A stretch of 64,000 nt of DNA. It comes from Mobula hypostoma (lineage: Eukaryota). Positions within the stretch are counted from its first letter, which is position 1. Every line of letters starts with the position of its first letter. The position numbers and the translations under genes were made by a program. The notes under the pieces were generated by a model. It saw nothing but the letters and a program-made list of their open reading frames with translations, was not told where the DNA came from and did no database searches. The DNA is taken from the NCBI RefSeq assembly GCF_963921235.1, contig NC_086118.1, positions 23,934,001 through 23,998,000 of the forward strand. The letters are read 5' to 3'. This document shows positions 12,263 through 25,114 of this stretch, one piece after another.

Positions 12263-12409
12263 GTAGTGGGGGGGGGAGGGGACAAACTGGAAACATAAGG
12301 ATGGAGATAAAGGGAAAGTGAGAATAAGAAAAGTTAAGAAAGACAGCAGAATCAACAGAGCAGAAAGCTCAAGAAGGGATCATACAGTATGGCCAAGTGA
12401 AATAGGAAT

Positions 12410-15400
12410 CGATATGGGAGGTGAGGGGAGTAATGAATTAAAAGTATTATATATGAATGCATGGAGTATAAGAAATAAAGTGGACGAGCTTGAGGCACAG
12501 CTGGAAGTTGTTAAGTATGATGTTGTGGGAATAACAGAGACATGGCTTCAAGTGGACAGGGCCTGGGAAATGAATATTCAAGAGTATACGTCCTATCGAA
12601 AGGACAGACTGATGGGCAGAGGGGGTGGGGTGGCTCTGTTGGTGAGGAATGATATTCAGTCCCTTGCGAGGGGGAACATAGAATCAGGAGACGTAGAGTC
12701 AGTATGGATAGAACTGAGAAATTCTAAGGGTAGAAAGACTCCAATGGGAGTTATCTACAGGCCCCCAAACAGTAGTCTGGATGTATGATGTAAATTGAAT
12801 CAAGAGTTAAAATTGGCGTGTCGCAAAGGTAATGCTACAGTTGTTATGGGGGACTTCAACATGCAGGTAGACTGGAGGAATCAGGTTGGTGCTGGACTCC
12901 AAGAAAGGGAGTTTGTGGACTCCCTCCGAGATGGATTCTTAGAACAGCTTGTACTGGAGCCTACCAGAGAGAACGCAATTCTAGATTTAGTGTTGTGAAA
13001 TGAACCGGATTTGATCAAGGACCCCGAGGTAAAGGAGCCATTAGGAGATAGTGACCATAATATGATAAGTTTTAATCTACAATTTGAGAGGGAGAAGGGA
13101 AACTCGGAAGTGTCAGTATTACAGTTGAACAAGGGAACTATGGTGCTATGAGGGAGGAGCTGGCCAAAGTTCAATGGAACAATACCCTAGCAGGGATGAC
13201 AGTGGAACAGCAACGGCAAGTGTTTCTGGGAATAATGCGGAAGGTGCAGGATCAGTTCATTCCAAAGAGGAAGAAAGATCCTAAGGGGAGGCCGTGGCTG
13301 ACAAGGTAAGTAATGGACAGTATAAAAATAAAAGAGAAGAAGTATAACATAGCAAAGACGAGTGGGAAGCCGGAGGACTGGGAAACTTTTAAAGAGCAAC
13401 AGAAGGTAACTAAAAAGGCAATATGCAGAGAAAAAATGAGCAACAAAGGTAAACTAGCCAAGAATATAAAGGAGGATAGTAAAAGCTTCTTTAGGTATGT
13501 GAAAAGGAAAAAAATAGTTGAGACCAAAATTGGGCCCTTGAAGGCAGAAGCGGGTGAATTTATTATGGGGAACAAGGAAATGGCAGACGAGTTGGACAGG
13601 TACTTTGGATCTGTCTTCACTAGGGAAAACACAAACAATCTCCCAGATATAATAGTGGCCAAAGGACCTAGGGCAATGGATGAACTGAAGGAAATTTATA
13701 TTAGGCAGGAAATGGTGTTGGATAGGCTGTTGGGTCTGAAGGCTGATATGTCCCCGGGACCTGATGGTCTGCATCCCAGGGTACTTAAGGAGGTGGCTTT
13801 GGAAATCGTGGATGCAATGGTAATCATTTTCCAATGTTCCATAGATTCAGGATCAGTTCCTGTGGATTGGAGGGTGGCTAATGTTGTCCCTCTCTTCAAG
13901 AAGGGAGGAAGAGAGAAAACAGGGAATTATAGACCAGTTAGCCTGACGTCGGTGGTGGGAAAGATGCTGGAGTCAATGATAAAAGATGAAATTATGACAT
14001 ATCTGGATAGCAGTAACAGGATCGGTCCGAGTCAGCATGGACTTACGAAGGGGAAATCATGCTTGACTAATCTTCTGGAATTTTTTGAGGATGTAACTAT
14101 GAAAATGGACAAGGGAGAGCCAGTGGATGTAGTGTACCTGGACTTTCAGAAAGCCTTTGATAAAGTCCCACATAGGAGATTAGTGGGCAAAATTAGTCAT
14201 AGTCATACTTTATTGATCCCGGGGGAAATTGGTTTTCGTTACAGTTGCACCATAAATAATAAATAGTAATAGAACCATAAATAGTTAAATAGTAATATGT
14301 AAATTATGCCAGTAAATTATGAAGTAAGTCCAGGACCAGCCTATTGGCTCAGGGTGTCTGACCCTCCAAGGGAGGAGCTGTAAAGTTTGATGGCCACAGG
14401 CAGGAATGACTTCCTATGACGCTCTGTGCTGCATCTCAGTGGAATGAGTCTCTGGCTGAATGTACTCCTGTACCCACCCACGACATTATGTAGTGGACGG
14501 GAGACATTGACCAAGATGGCATGCAACTTAGACAGCATCCTCTTTTCAGACACCACCGTGAGAGAGTCCAGTTCCATCCCCACAACATCACTGGCCTTAC
14601 GAATGAGTTTGTTGATTCTATTGGTGTCTGCTACCCTCAGCCTGCTGCTCCAGCACACAACAGCAAACATTAGGGCACATGGTATTAGGGGCAGAGTACT
14701 GACATGGATTGAAAATTGGCTGGCTGACAGAAAACAAAGAGTAGCGATTAACGAGTCCCTCTCGGAATGGCAGGCGGTGACCAGTGGGGTACTGCAGGGT
14801 TCAGTGCTGGGACCGCAGCTGTTTACAATATATACTAATGATTTAGATGAGGGAATTAAAAGTAACATTAGCAAATTTGCCGATGACACAAAGCTGGGTG
14901 GCAGTGTGAAATGTGAGGAGGATGTCATGAGAATGCAGGGTGACTTGGACAGGCTAGGTGAGTGGGCAGATGCATGGCAGATGCAGTTTGATGTGGATAA
15001 ATGTGAGGTTATCCACTCTGGTGGTAAGAACAGAAAGGCAGATTATCTAAATGGAGTCAAGTTAGGAAAAGGGGAAGTACAACGAGATCTAGGTGTTCTT
15101 GTACATCAGTCACTGAAAGCAAGCATGCAAGTACAGCAGGCAGTGAAGAAAGCTAATGGCATGCTGGCCTTCATAACAAGGGGAATTGAGTATAAGAGCA
15201 AAGAGGGCCTTCTGCAGTTGTACAGGGCCCTGGTGAGACCACACCTGGAGTACTGTGTGCAGTTTTGGTCTCCAAATTTGAGGAAGGACATTCTTGCTAT
15301 TGAGGGAGTGCAGTGTAGCTTCACAAGGTTAATTCCCAGGATGGCAGGACTGTCACATATCGAAAGATTGGAGCGACTGGGATTGTATACTCTGGAATTT

Positions 15401-15712
15401 AGAAGGCTGAGAGGGGATCTTATTGAAACATATAAGATTATTAAGGGATTGGACGTGCTGGAGGCAGGAAGCATGTTACTGCTGACGGGTGAGTCCAGAA
15501 CCAGAGGCCATAGTTTAAGAATAAGGGGTAGGCCACTTAGAACAGAGTTGAGGAAAAACCTTTTCATCCAGAGAGTGGTGGATATATGGAATGCTCTGCC
15601 CCAGAAGGCTGTGGAGGCCAAGTCTCTGGATGCTTTCAAGAAAGAGATGGATAGAGCTCTTAAAGATAGCGGAATCAAAGGTTATGGGGATAAGGCAGGA
15701 ACTGGATACTGA
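12410..15712 (+). pseudogene. CR1 ORF2 (APE endonuclease-reverse transcriptase), disrupted
   Basis: Stops at ~12788, ~12998 and ~13189, plus the insertion at 14197-14668. Confidence 0.9.
14197..14668 (-). mobile_element. Rex1/Babar LINE 3' fragment nested in CR1 RT
   Basis: Close reverse-complement match to 34588-35060. (TATGAC)n tail. ATTAG duplicated at 14192-14196 and 14669-14673. Confidence 0.9.
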
Positions 15713-16006
15713 TTGTGGATGATCAGCCATGATCACAGTGAATGACGGTGCTTGCTCGAAGGGCCGAATGGCCTACTCCTGCACCTATTTTCTATTGTCT
15801 ATTGTCTAAGAAGAACCACTAGCAACACCCAGCTGGTCTGGCAGCATCTGCAAAATGAGAAACATAGTTAATTTTGCAACTCTGAGATGCTTCACTAATT
15901 ATTATTTCAGATTTTCAACATCTTCAATATCTTTGAATTTGATTTACTTTGGAATCATCGTATTATGTCTTATAGTTTCAATTAGCATGTGCCAAGAAGT
16001 TACTCT

Positions 16007-16320
16007 ATGCCAGCTGGTGGCGTAGTGGCATTAGCACTGGACTTTGGGGCGAGTGGTCCCGAGTTCGAATCCGGCAAGCTCCCTTGCACGCTCTCCACCC
16101 GTGCCTGGATTGAGTGTCGAGCTAACAACACGACCTCATTAAAGAAAAAATCTGGAGAGGGATGGGCTTCGCCAGGTTTCAGATGCCCAACACACGCCGT
16201 ACGATGAGCATACCAAAAAAGATCGGTGACGGCGTCCCGACGACTCCATCAGGAGTTAAGGGTGCGTACACACACAAACACATACACACGCACATGCACA
16301 CACACACACACACACACGAG
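16007..16320 (+). mobile_element. tRNA-derived SINE with (CA)n tail
   Basis: A box TGGCGTAGTGG, B box GTTCGAATCC. TSD GTTACTCT at 15999-16006 and 16321-16328. Confidence 0.88.
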
Positions 16321-16609
16321 GTTACTCTTCCTGCTGCCTAGTAATGAGTAAATGGCCAGTTTGAGAGAAAAATGTTCAAGCAAGTAGAGGACAGATGACA
16401 TAGCTGAGTAGCAACTTGCATTAATGTAACGCTTGTCAAGGAAGAACTTGAAATTATATAATGCCTCAGCCAAAGTCAGAAATTGCTGAAAATCTCTGCA
16501 GAAAGTAAGTAGGAATAACAGTATTGTCTTACACAGGGCTAAGTGGAAGCACAAATACCAAAAATGCCTTGAGTCAAAATGGGTCAAGTAATCCTTTGTT
16601 GGTGTCCAT

Positions 16610-16976
16610 TGCCTCAAATGAAAAAAGCTGCATCCATCATTAAAGACCCCCATCACCCAGGATTTGCCTACTTCTCATTGCTACCATCAAGGAGGAGATA
16701 CAGGAGGCTGAAGACACACACTCAGTGTTTTAGAAACAGCTTCTTCCCTCTGCCATCAGATTTCTGAATAGACAATGAACCCATATACACTGCCTCACTT
16801 TTTTTCTTTTTTTTGGTCACTTTTTGAAATGCTTATTTAATTTAATTTATATATTTTTTCTTAATTTAATTTGTATTGTTTTATTATTATTATTATTATT
16901 ATACACTGTGCTGCTGCTGCAAAACAACAAATTTCATGACAGATGCCAATGATATTAAACCTGATTCTGATTCTGA
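16610..16976 (+). mobile_element. Rex1/Babar LINE 3' fragment
   Basis: KAASIIKDPHHPG...FSLLPSRRRYR...FRNSFFP. (CTGATT)n tail. Confidence 0.85.
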
Positions 16977-17499
16977 CAGAGAAAGATGTAAATCTTCCTA
17001 TTTGGTTACAGATAAGAGTGGAATGGCAAGATCTGGAAAATGATATCCAGGAATGTCATCTTCATTCTTAATATGTAAATGAAATAATTTGGGCTACAAA
17101 TTAAGTGACAAAGAAATAGTGCTGAGCTTTTTTTAGAGTCTCATGAAGGTTTTAAATAATTTTGAAGACATTTATTTAAAAAAAAATATTAAGTTGCATC
17201 ATTGGAAAGAACAAACTCACAATCATAGTGATTATCAATATCTCCCTCTTGGCCTCTTTCCATTTCACCCACATTCCTTTGATGAGCAATCTACATGACA
17301 ATTATAAACTATAAAAAAAAGACTTATTGTAAACCAGCATCAGCTTAAAAATAAACCTCTATGAATTTCCAAATAGAAATTCAGTGAACTATTTAGAAAT
17401 GATTTTAATGCTGCCTCTGATTTATATCACTGTTTTTATTCAGAAAACCGAATATCAAATGGAGTCATAAATCATTATTGAGTGAAGATGTTTAACTAA

Positions 17500-18379
17500 T
17501 GTTACGAGAATACACATAAAATTAAGATGTTTGCTGGCCTGGGCTAGCATCAGTGGCATCAGCAGTTGGTCTGCCACCTGCCCTCAGGGGAAGGAGAGAT
17601 AAGGAACAATGGAGCAGCGTCTGGAGATGTGTAATGAAGGGATGTGGGAGGAAGAGCTGTCTGGAGCGGCTCCCCCCTTTGAACCCTGAACTGTTTGAAG
17701 TGATGGACAGGCGATACCCCAGCAGGGGGATAAAAAGGGACAGGTTCGCTAAGAGAAACACACACGCCACCCGAGGTAACGAGACCCTGGAAGCGGTACG
17801 CTTCTCACGAGTGGGTGAGAAGTGCCAGACAACGACCAGGGTGGAAAGGTACGATCAGCGGGAACCCGGTGTGTGTCCGCCCTTGCCTGGGTGCCGGGTT
17901 CACTGCAGAGGATCGACCGCATCTGGAGGAGGGGTCACAGTCGGTGACCTCAGGTGACATCACCAAGGACCTGCCCAAAAGCTGTTTGTGAGCCATCTCG
18001 CTGGTCTGTGAGCCATCCCGCTGGTCTGTGAGTGAAGCCGTTCTGAATGATGAGTTGTTCCTATTCTATCTCTCTCTTCCCCCACGTTGTCCACCGCCAT
18101 GGCAACGATTACTGCGAACTGAACTACTAAACTGGACTGAACTTTGAGTCATTTTGAAATTGGTCATTTACCCCTAGACAACGATAGAGCTTGATTGATG
18201 CTGTTATCTTAATTCTGTGCACATGTGTGTTTATCATCACTGAACTGTTGCATTTATTATCCTGTCGATTACTGTGTTGCTTGTTTCTGTAATAAAACTT
18301 TCTTAGTTCTAGTACTCCAGACTCCAACTGAGTGATCCATTTCTGCTGGTTTGGCAACCCAGTTACGGGGTACGTAACA
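17500..18379 (+). mobile_element. Solo LTR (880 bp)
   Basis: 7-bp inverted termini TGTTACG...CGTAACA. 4-bp TSD CTAA at 17496-17499 and 18380-18383. TATA-like GATAAAAA ~17729, AATAAA at 18291. Confidence 0.92.
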
Positions 18380-19594
18380 CTAATGCTTCACAATCTGTCT
18401 ACCTCAGCAAATTCCTCAGTTTTGGAAATAGTTAAAGTAAGTTTAAAAACTTAAAAACTCCATATATGACATTTTTTTCCCTTTAGAGAATATAGATCTG
18501 CCATTTTGCAGAAAAAATATATGTGGTAATTATATAGCACGGAACTATGAATTAATCTCAAGCGAATGTAATTATGTGGTACACTTTGATAACTAGAATA
18601 CACAATTCAAGAAATATTCATCATGGATAATTGGAGCTTCAACCTTGAACTGCAATCAGACTGATAAAGGTATTGTCCCATCGAGTTGTTAGTCAAAGTG
18701 AAGGCTGGCAAATCACAATAAAACACCAAATAAAGGTTATTTTATAGCTCATTTTGTGCCATCCAGTTCAGTTACTGAATCAATGACCTTGTTTTTATTT
18801 TCTTGCTCTGTCCAAGTGGCTGGCCTTCATGTTTCTATTGCTGAGTATTTAATGACCTCTTTTGTTTCAGATTGGAGTGATTTGTTGGCATTAATAGTGA
18901 TGTGCTGATTCCTTTGAGCGTCTTCGAAGCTATGAATAAGGATTGTGATATTATTAAGGTTACTCCAGGGGTCTGAAGTCACTGAACTGTCTGGCCACAT
19001 TCATACAAAACACTTCACCAACACATTGGAGAAACAAAACAATTAAAGGGAGCACCTAAACAGCCAATTGTTGGCTCATGTGATATTTTTCTGCAGCATA
19101 TCCTGAAAGCGTGAACTCAGTAAGTTATGTTTCAGGAAATATAGCTTGATTTGACTTCATTCCAAAATCTGAAAACAAAATCAGCTAGTTATCTACTAAT
19201 TTGACAAGATTTGCGTTTGCAAATCCTTCAACACGATCATTGCCTGGACTACTACAAATCTGCACTATCCATTCACATGACTTCAATTTAAAGTTGGAAA
19301 TTTATGGTTTGTTACAGCATGTAAGGTAGGAGCCTCACAAATATGTTGCTTTACACACCCTCTCTGCAAAATGCAACATAGCTTCCCAGGGCTTGGAAGC
19401 ATGACAACAATCCCTCTGAACTTGCATTGGGATTGTGGAACAAGGGTGAGTAGAGGAAGAGGATGAAACAAGGAGCAAAAATATTGAACAATGCTATGAA
19501 AAATTAAGAGAAAAGCATCAGGTTGATTATTTGTAAGAATGTCACATAAAATCCATTACCTTAAACAAATAGAGGATTTTTTCAAGTATCCAGC

Positions 19595-19866
19595 ATTAGC
19601 ATAGTGGCTAGCACAACAATTTACCAGCAACCTGCTTCAATTCCTTTACTGCCTGTATGGAGTTTGTACGTTCTCCTTGTGACTGCGTGGGTTTACTCTG
19701 GGTGCTCTGGTTTCCTCCCACAGTCCAATGACGTACCTGTTGGTAAGTTAATTGATCATTGCAAATTGTCCTGTGATTAGGTTAGGGTTAAATCATGAGT
19801 TGCTGCGCGTCGTGGCTCAAAGGGCCGAAAGGAGCTACTCTACACTGAATCTCAATAAGTAAATAA
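19595..19866 (+). mobile_element. HE1-like V-SINE
   Basis: TAGCATAGTGGCTAGC head, V-domain GGAGTTTGTACGTTCTCC...GGTTTCCTCCCACA, tail AAGGGCCGAAAGG...AATAA. Confidence 0.85.
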
Positions 19867-21084
19867 ACGCATTTGGAAAGCGACTGTCTCGATTTTCAAG
19901 GAAAGATGAACAGACGGCTTGCTAAATTCTTTTAAAACTGGCTTGATTCTACATTTATAGGGTTATGTCCAATTACCTAGACATTTACTCACCTTGTGTG
20001 GTTTATGGTGACCTGAATTACTTAAGTTAATCCATTAATGATCTTTAATCTACATCTGACTTCTGTTTCCTTGCATGCCTTCTCTTCCTCACTGCCATTT
20101 ACTCAGGTAATGCTCAATTAAATGTTTCAGATGTATTGTGTCACTATGAGGCCAGACTGCCATTCACCTCTCAAATGGGAAATCATTTATCAAGGTAAGC
20201 AAACTGGGGATAATAAGCTGTTTATCTGCTTGAGGAATAGACATTAGTTGATTGCTTTATATCCTTTGTCATATACTGAGCCCTACTAAGGTTATTAAGA
20301 AAGCTTATTTTTTTGAAGTGTATAGCCAATTTTTAAACTCACAAGGATCTGAAACATTAGTGTAGGTTGCAAAATTTTGAAACAAACAAATAAATTGATA
20401 TTTACGCACATATAGTAAACTGCAATCTCTGCTCTAGGAACAAACTGCTCTTTTTTTTCAAACTGCACGTATAAGTCAAACATTGTAACCAGCTTCAGAA
20501 AAGAACGATATAGATTGGCCTATGTAATTGATGCAAGAGGAAGTAAGATTATTTCTGTGAAGAGAACAAATAAACCCTGAGACACATTAAATAGAACATT
20601 AAAAGAATAGTCGGTTATCAGAAATGAGTTTCAAAGTAGATAGGAATCAAAACTAGTTTATTGCCTCATGCCCTCTGATACACTTTGAACTCCACCTGAG
20701 ATAGCAAATCAGCTTTTGTACTTTTGAAATTATTAATCTCTTCAGCTCTCTGTATTTCAGGCGAGTGTGAAGTTTGTTCGTACTGGCTCAATAACTTTCT
20801 GAATGTAATTTTGTATTCTTCCTTTGTCGCAATTATTCATTTTAATTGAATCAAGATACAGAAATATTGAAGGCAGAACGGTTTGGGCATGATGTTAATA
20901 AAAACCTCTGAAATCACTAAACTGATTCTGTTGATATTGTGGGCTGAGACCCTTTATCTAGTCCAAATGAAGAGTGTCAATCTGAAACTGCAACCCTACA
21001 TTTCCAGCTGCAGATACCAGGTGACCCGTTGAGTTTGTCCAGCAATTTGCCCTTTGGAGACGGTATGTATATCATTTGAATGCA

Positions 21085-22732
21085 GATGGTCGCGAAATAC
21101 ATGTTAGTAGGGAAGTGGTGTTAGGTAAATTGAAGGGATTGAAGGCAGATAAATCCCCAGGGCCAGATGGTCTGCATCCCAGAGTGCTTAAGGAAGTGGC
21201 CCAAGAAATAGTGGATGCATTAGTGATAATTTTTCAAAACTCGTTAGATTCTGGACTAGTTCCTGAGGATTGGAGGGTGGCTAATGTAACCCCACTTTTT
21301 AAAAAAGGAGGGAGAGAGAAACCGGGGAATTATAGGCCGGTTAGCCTAACGTCGGTGGTGGGGAAACTGCTGGAGTCAGTTATCAAGGATGTGATAACAG
21401 CACATTTGGAAAGCGGTGAAATGATCGGACAAAGTCAGCATGGATTTGTGAAAGGAAAATCATGTCTGACGAATCTCATAGAATTTTTTGAGGATGTAAC
21501 TAGTAGAGTGGATAGGGGAGAACCAGTGGATGTGGTATATTTGGATTTTCAAAAGGCTTTTGACAAGGTCCCACACAGGAGATTAGTGTGCAAACTTAAA
21601 GCACATGGTATTGGGGGTAAGGTATTGGTGTGGGTGGAGAATTGGTTAGCAGACAGGAAGCAAAGAGTGGGAATAAACGGGACCTTTTCAGAATGGCAGG
21701 CAGTGACTAGTGGGGTACCGCAAGGCTCAGTGCTGGGACCCCAGTTGTTTACAATATATATTAATGACTTGGATGAGGGAATTAAATGCAGCATCTCCAA
21801 GTTTGCGGATGACACGAAGCTGGGTGGCAGTGTTAGCAGTGAGGAGGATGCTAAGAGGATGCAGGGTGACTTGGATAGGTTGGGTGAGTGGGCAAACTCA
21901 TGGCAGATGCAATTTAATGTGGATAAATGTGAAGTTATCCACTTTGGTGGCAAAAATAGGAAAACAGATTATTATCTGAATGGTGGCCGATTAGGAAAAG
22001 GGGAGGTGCAACGAGACCTGGGTGTCATTATACACCAGTCATTGAAAGTGGGCATGCAGGTACAGCAGGCGGTGAAAAAGGCGAACGGTATGCTGGCATT
22101 TATAGCGAGAGGATTCGAGTACAGGAGCAGGGAGGTACTACTGCAGTTGTACAAGGCCTTGGTGAGACCACACCTGGAGTATTGTGTGCAGTTTTGGTCC
22201 CCTAATCTGAGGAAAGACATCCTTGCCATAGAGGGAGTACAAAGAAGGTTCACCAGATTGATTCCTGGGATGGCAGGTCTTTCATATGAAGAAAGACTGG
22301 ATGAACTGGGCTTGTACTCGTTGGAATTTAGAAGATTGAGGGGGGATCTGATTGAAACGTATAAGATCCTAAAGGGATTGGACAGGCTAGATGCGGGAAG
22401 ATTGTTCCCGATGTTGGGGAGGTCTAGAACGAGGGGTCACAGTTTGAGGATAGAGGGGAAGCCTTTTAGGACCGAGGTTAGGAAAAACTTCTTCACACAG
22501 AGAGTGGTGAATCTGTGGAATTCTCTGCCACAGCAAACTGTTGAGGCCAGTTCATTAGCTATGTTTAAAAGGAAGTTAGATATGGCCCTTGTGGCTACAG
22601 GGGTCACGGGGTATGGAGGGAAGGCTGGGTTCTGAGTTGGATGATCAGCCATGATCATAATAAATGGCGGTGCAGGCTCGAAGGGCCGAATGGCCTACTC
22701 CTGCACCTATTTTCTATGTTTCTATGTTTCTA
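21085..22732 (+). mobile_element. 5'-truncated CR1 LINE with an uninterrupted RT frame
   Basis: 519-aa ORF 21076..22635 ([33 protein letters not shown]). 3' UTR stem and (TTTCTATG)n tail. Confidence 0.95.
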
Positions 22733-23537
22733 TTACATTGCCAGAAATCTTGTATATAAGCTCATGGGCAAACGTACTTGTAAAAATACATAATATGTCC
22801 ATTTAATTGAAAGCAACTTCATACTCAATAACTCGAATGCCCCAAGGCTATCCAGAAAGACAAGTGAACCTAGGAACATCTGAAGAGCTTGTCAAGTGGG
22901 CAAACAAAAGTGGGAACCATGCTGGCTCCAAGTATAGAAGTAACACACCACACAGAAAGGATTGTAACATTGGCATTTATCCATGCAGAACTTCTTGACT
23001 TGAGGCTTTTGCTAGGTTTCTGATTTTTCAATTTTCCACATCTCATGCCTCAATTATATTGCCATAGTTAATTATAAGAGAGGTAAATTTTAATGTTGTC
23101 TGCTGTGTTTATTGGTTCGAAGTCTCTGATAGTTAGCATTTGATCTTTTGCTAAATTTGAAACACCTGCTTACTTAGTTACTTTATTCAGGTAGTGGAAT
23201 CTGAATTTTGTATAAAAGGGATGAATTCAAATTCTTGTACTGTATTGGAACTGCAAAAATCTTCAGCAACATTAGAACATAAGTTGACTTTCCTCTCACC
23301 TCCGCTGAAGTAGTAAACAGAGTAACACTGCCACTAGAAAACACAGAAGATGCATAGGATTTCATTACTTAGGTTGGGAGAAGGGGGCGACTAATAGGAT
23401 CATTTTACTGGGGCAAATTTACTTATCTATTAATCACCATTATTGGCATGGGAGACATTCACATGTTTTCAAAATATAAGATAGGTGCAGAGCCGGATAA
23501 TAATTGCCTCTGGATAACTGAACACGTCTTAGGATAA

Positions 23538-24068
23538 AGATGAAGCCACACTCAGGTTGGAGGAACAACACCTTATATTCCGTCTGGGTAGCCTCCAACC
23601 TGATGGCATGAACATCGACTTCTCTAACTTCCGCTAAGGCCCCACCTCCCCCTCGTACCCCATCTGTTACTCATTTTTATGCACACATTCTTTCTCTCAC
23701 TCTCCTTTTTCTCCCTCTGTCCCTCTGAATATACCTCTTGCCCATCCTCTGGGTCACCCCCCCCTCCTTGTCTTTCTTCCCGGACCTCCTGTCCCATGAT
23801 CCTCTCGTATCTCCTTTTGCCTATCACCTGTCCAGCTCTCGGCTCTATCCCTCCCCCTCCTGTCTTCTCCTATCATTTTGCATCTCCCCCTCCCCCTCCA
23901 GCTTTCAAATCCCTTACTCACTCTTCCTTCAGTTAGTCCTGACGAAGGGTCTCGGCCTGAAACGTCGACTGTACCTCTTCCTATAGATGCTGCTTGGCCT
24001 GCTGCGTTCACCAGCAACTTTGATGTATGTTGCTTGAATTTCCAGCATCTGCAGAATTCCTGTTGTTT
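23538..24068 (+). mobile_element. Penelope-like element 3' end (GIY-YIG C-terminus plus pLTR)
   Basis: Starts DEATLRLEEQHLIFRLGSLQPDGMNIDFSNFR*. 14-bp TSD ACGTCTTAGGATAA at 23524-23537 and 24069-24082. Confidence 0.9.
23935..23970 (+). ncRNA. Minimal hammerhead ribozyme motif with intact core
   Basis: Helix I AGTC/GACT, core CTGACGA, helix II AGG/CCT, GAAAC-GTC with palindromic ACGT. Predicted cleavage after C23966. Confidence 0.82.
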
Positions 24069-25114
24069 ACGTCTTAGGATAACCTTTCTGTGTATGTTTC
24101 AAAGTTCAAAAAATTCTAAGTAAAAATTATTATCAGAGTACATACATGTCACTACATACAACATACATTCTTTTTCCTGCAGGTATACTTAGCAAATCAA
24201 TAGAACAGTATCTGTTAACAGGATCAATGAACAACAAACTGTACAATTGCAGGTATGAATAAATAGCGATAAATAACAAGATAAATAGTCCATAAAGCGA
24301 GATGGTTGGTTGTGGGAATACCAGAACTAGAATGAGTGTGGTTGAATTGACTTTATTACTTACATTCTTCATATACATAAGGAGTAAAAATCTTTATGTT
24401 ACTCCTCAGTGTAAATGTGCAATGTGAAATTTATAGTAATTTATAATAAATAGAATGTACAACAATATAGTCAATATAACATAAAAATACAGTTGTGCCA
24501 GCATGAGTTAAGCAGTCTGATGGCCTGGTTGAAGAAGCTGTCCCGGATCCTGTTGGTCCTGGCATTAATGTTGCGGTACTGTTTCCCAGACGGTAGCAGC
24601 TGGAACAGTTTGTGGCTGGGGTGACTCAGGTCCCCAGTGATCCTTTGGGCTCTTCTTACACACCTGTCTTTGTAAATACCATGAATAGTGGGAAGTTCAC
24701 AACCACAGATGTGCTGTGCATTCACACCACTCTCTGCAGAGTCTTGCAATTGAGGGAAGAACAATTCCCATACCAGGCAGTAATACAGCCAGTCAGAATG
24801 CTCTCAATTGTGCCCCTGCAGAAAGTCCTTAGTATTTGGGGACTCATGCTGAACTTCTTCAACCGTCTGAAGTGAAAGAAGCACTGTTTTGCCTTTTTTA
24901 CCACACAGTACAGACTATGTGAGATCCTAGGTGATGTTTATGCCGAGGAACTTAAAGCTGTTCACCCTCTCAATTCCAGATCCATTGATGTCAATAGGGG
25001 CTAGCCTGTCTCCATTCCTCCTGTAATCCACAACCAGCTCCTTCGTTTTTTGAGCATTGAGAGAGAGGTTGTTTTCTTGACACCACTGTGTCAGAGTGAT
25101 GACTTCTTCTCTGA

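Larger units (their letters stand above)
11300..15808 (+). mobile_element. Near-full-length CR1 LINE (ORF1 plus disrupted ORF2), interrupted by a Rex1 insertion
   Basis: ORF1, then APE motifs (YMNAWSI, GITETW, GVIYRPP, GDFN, SDH), RT motifs (YLDFQKAFD, QGSVLGP, KFADDTK), 3' stem GGCCGAATGGCC and a (TCTATTG)n tail. Confidence 0.95.

Noticed and set aside
15106..15678. Antisense ORFs over CR1, Rex1 and Gypsy coding regions
   Set aside because: They are shadow frames of transposon ORFs with no independent protein signature.
16007..16080. tRNA gene
   Set aside because: A and B boxes are present, but the sequence continues into a SINE body, (CA)n tail and TSD. The same applies to the head near 27960-28030.
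20131..20194. Possible + strand 64-nt exon (TTTCAG...AAG|GTAAGC)
   Set aside because: Weak polypyrimidine tract, unrecognised peptide, and such signals are expected by chance.
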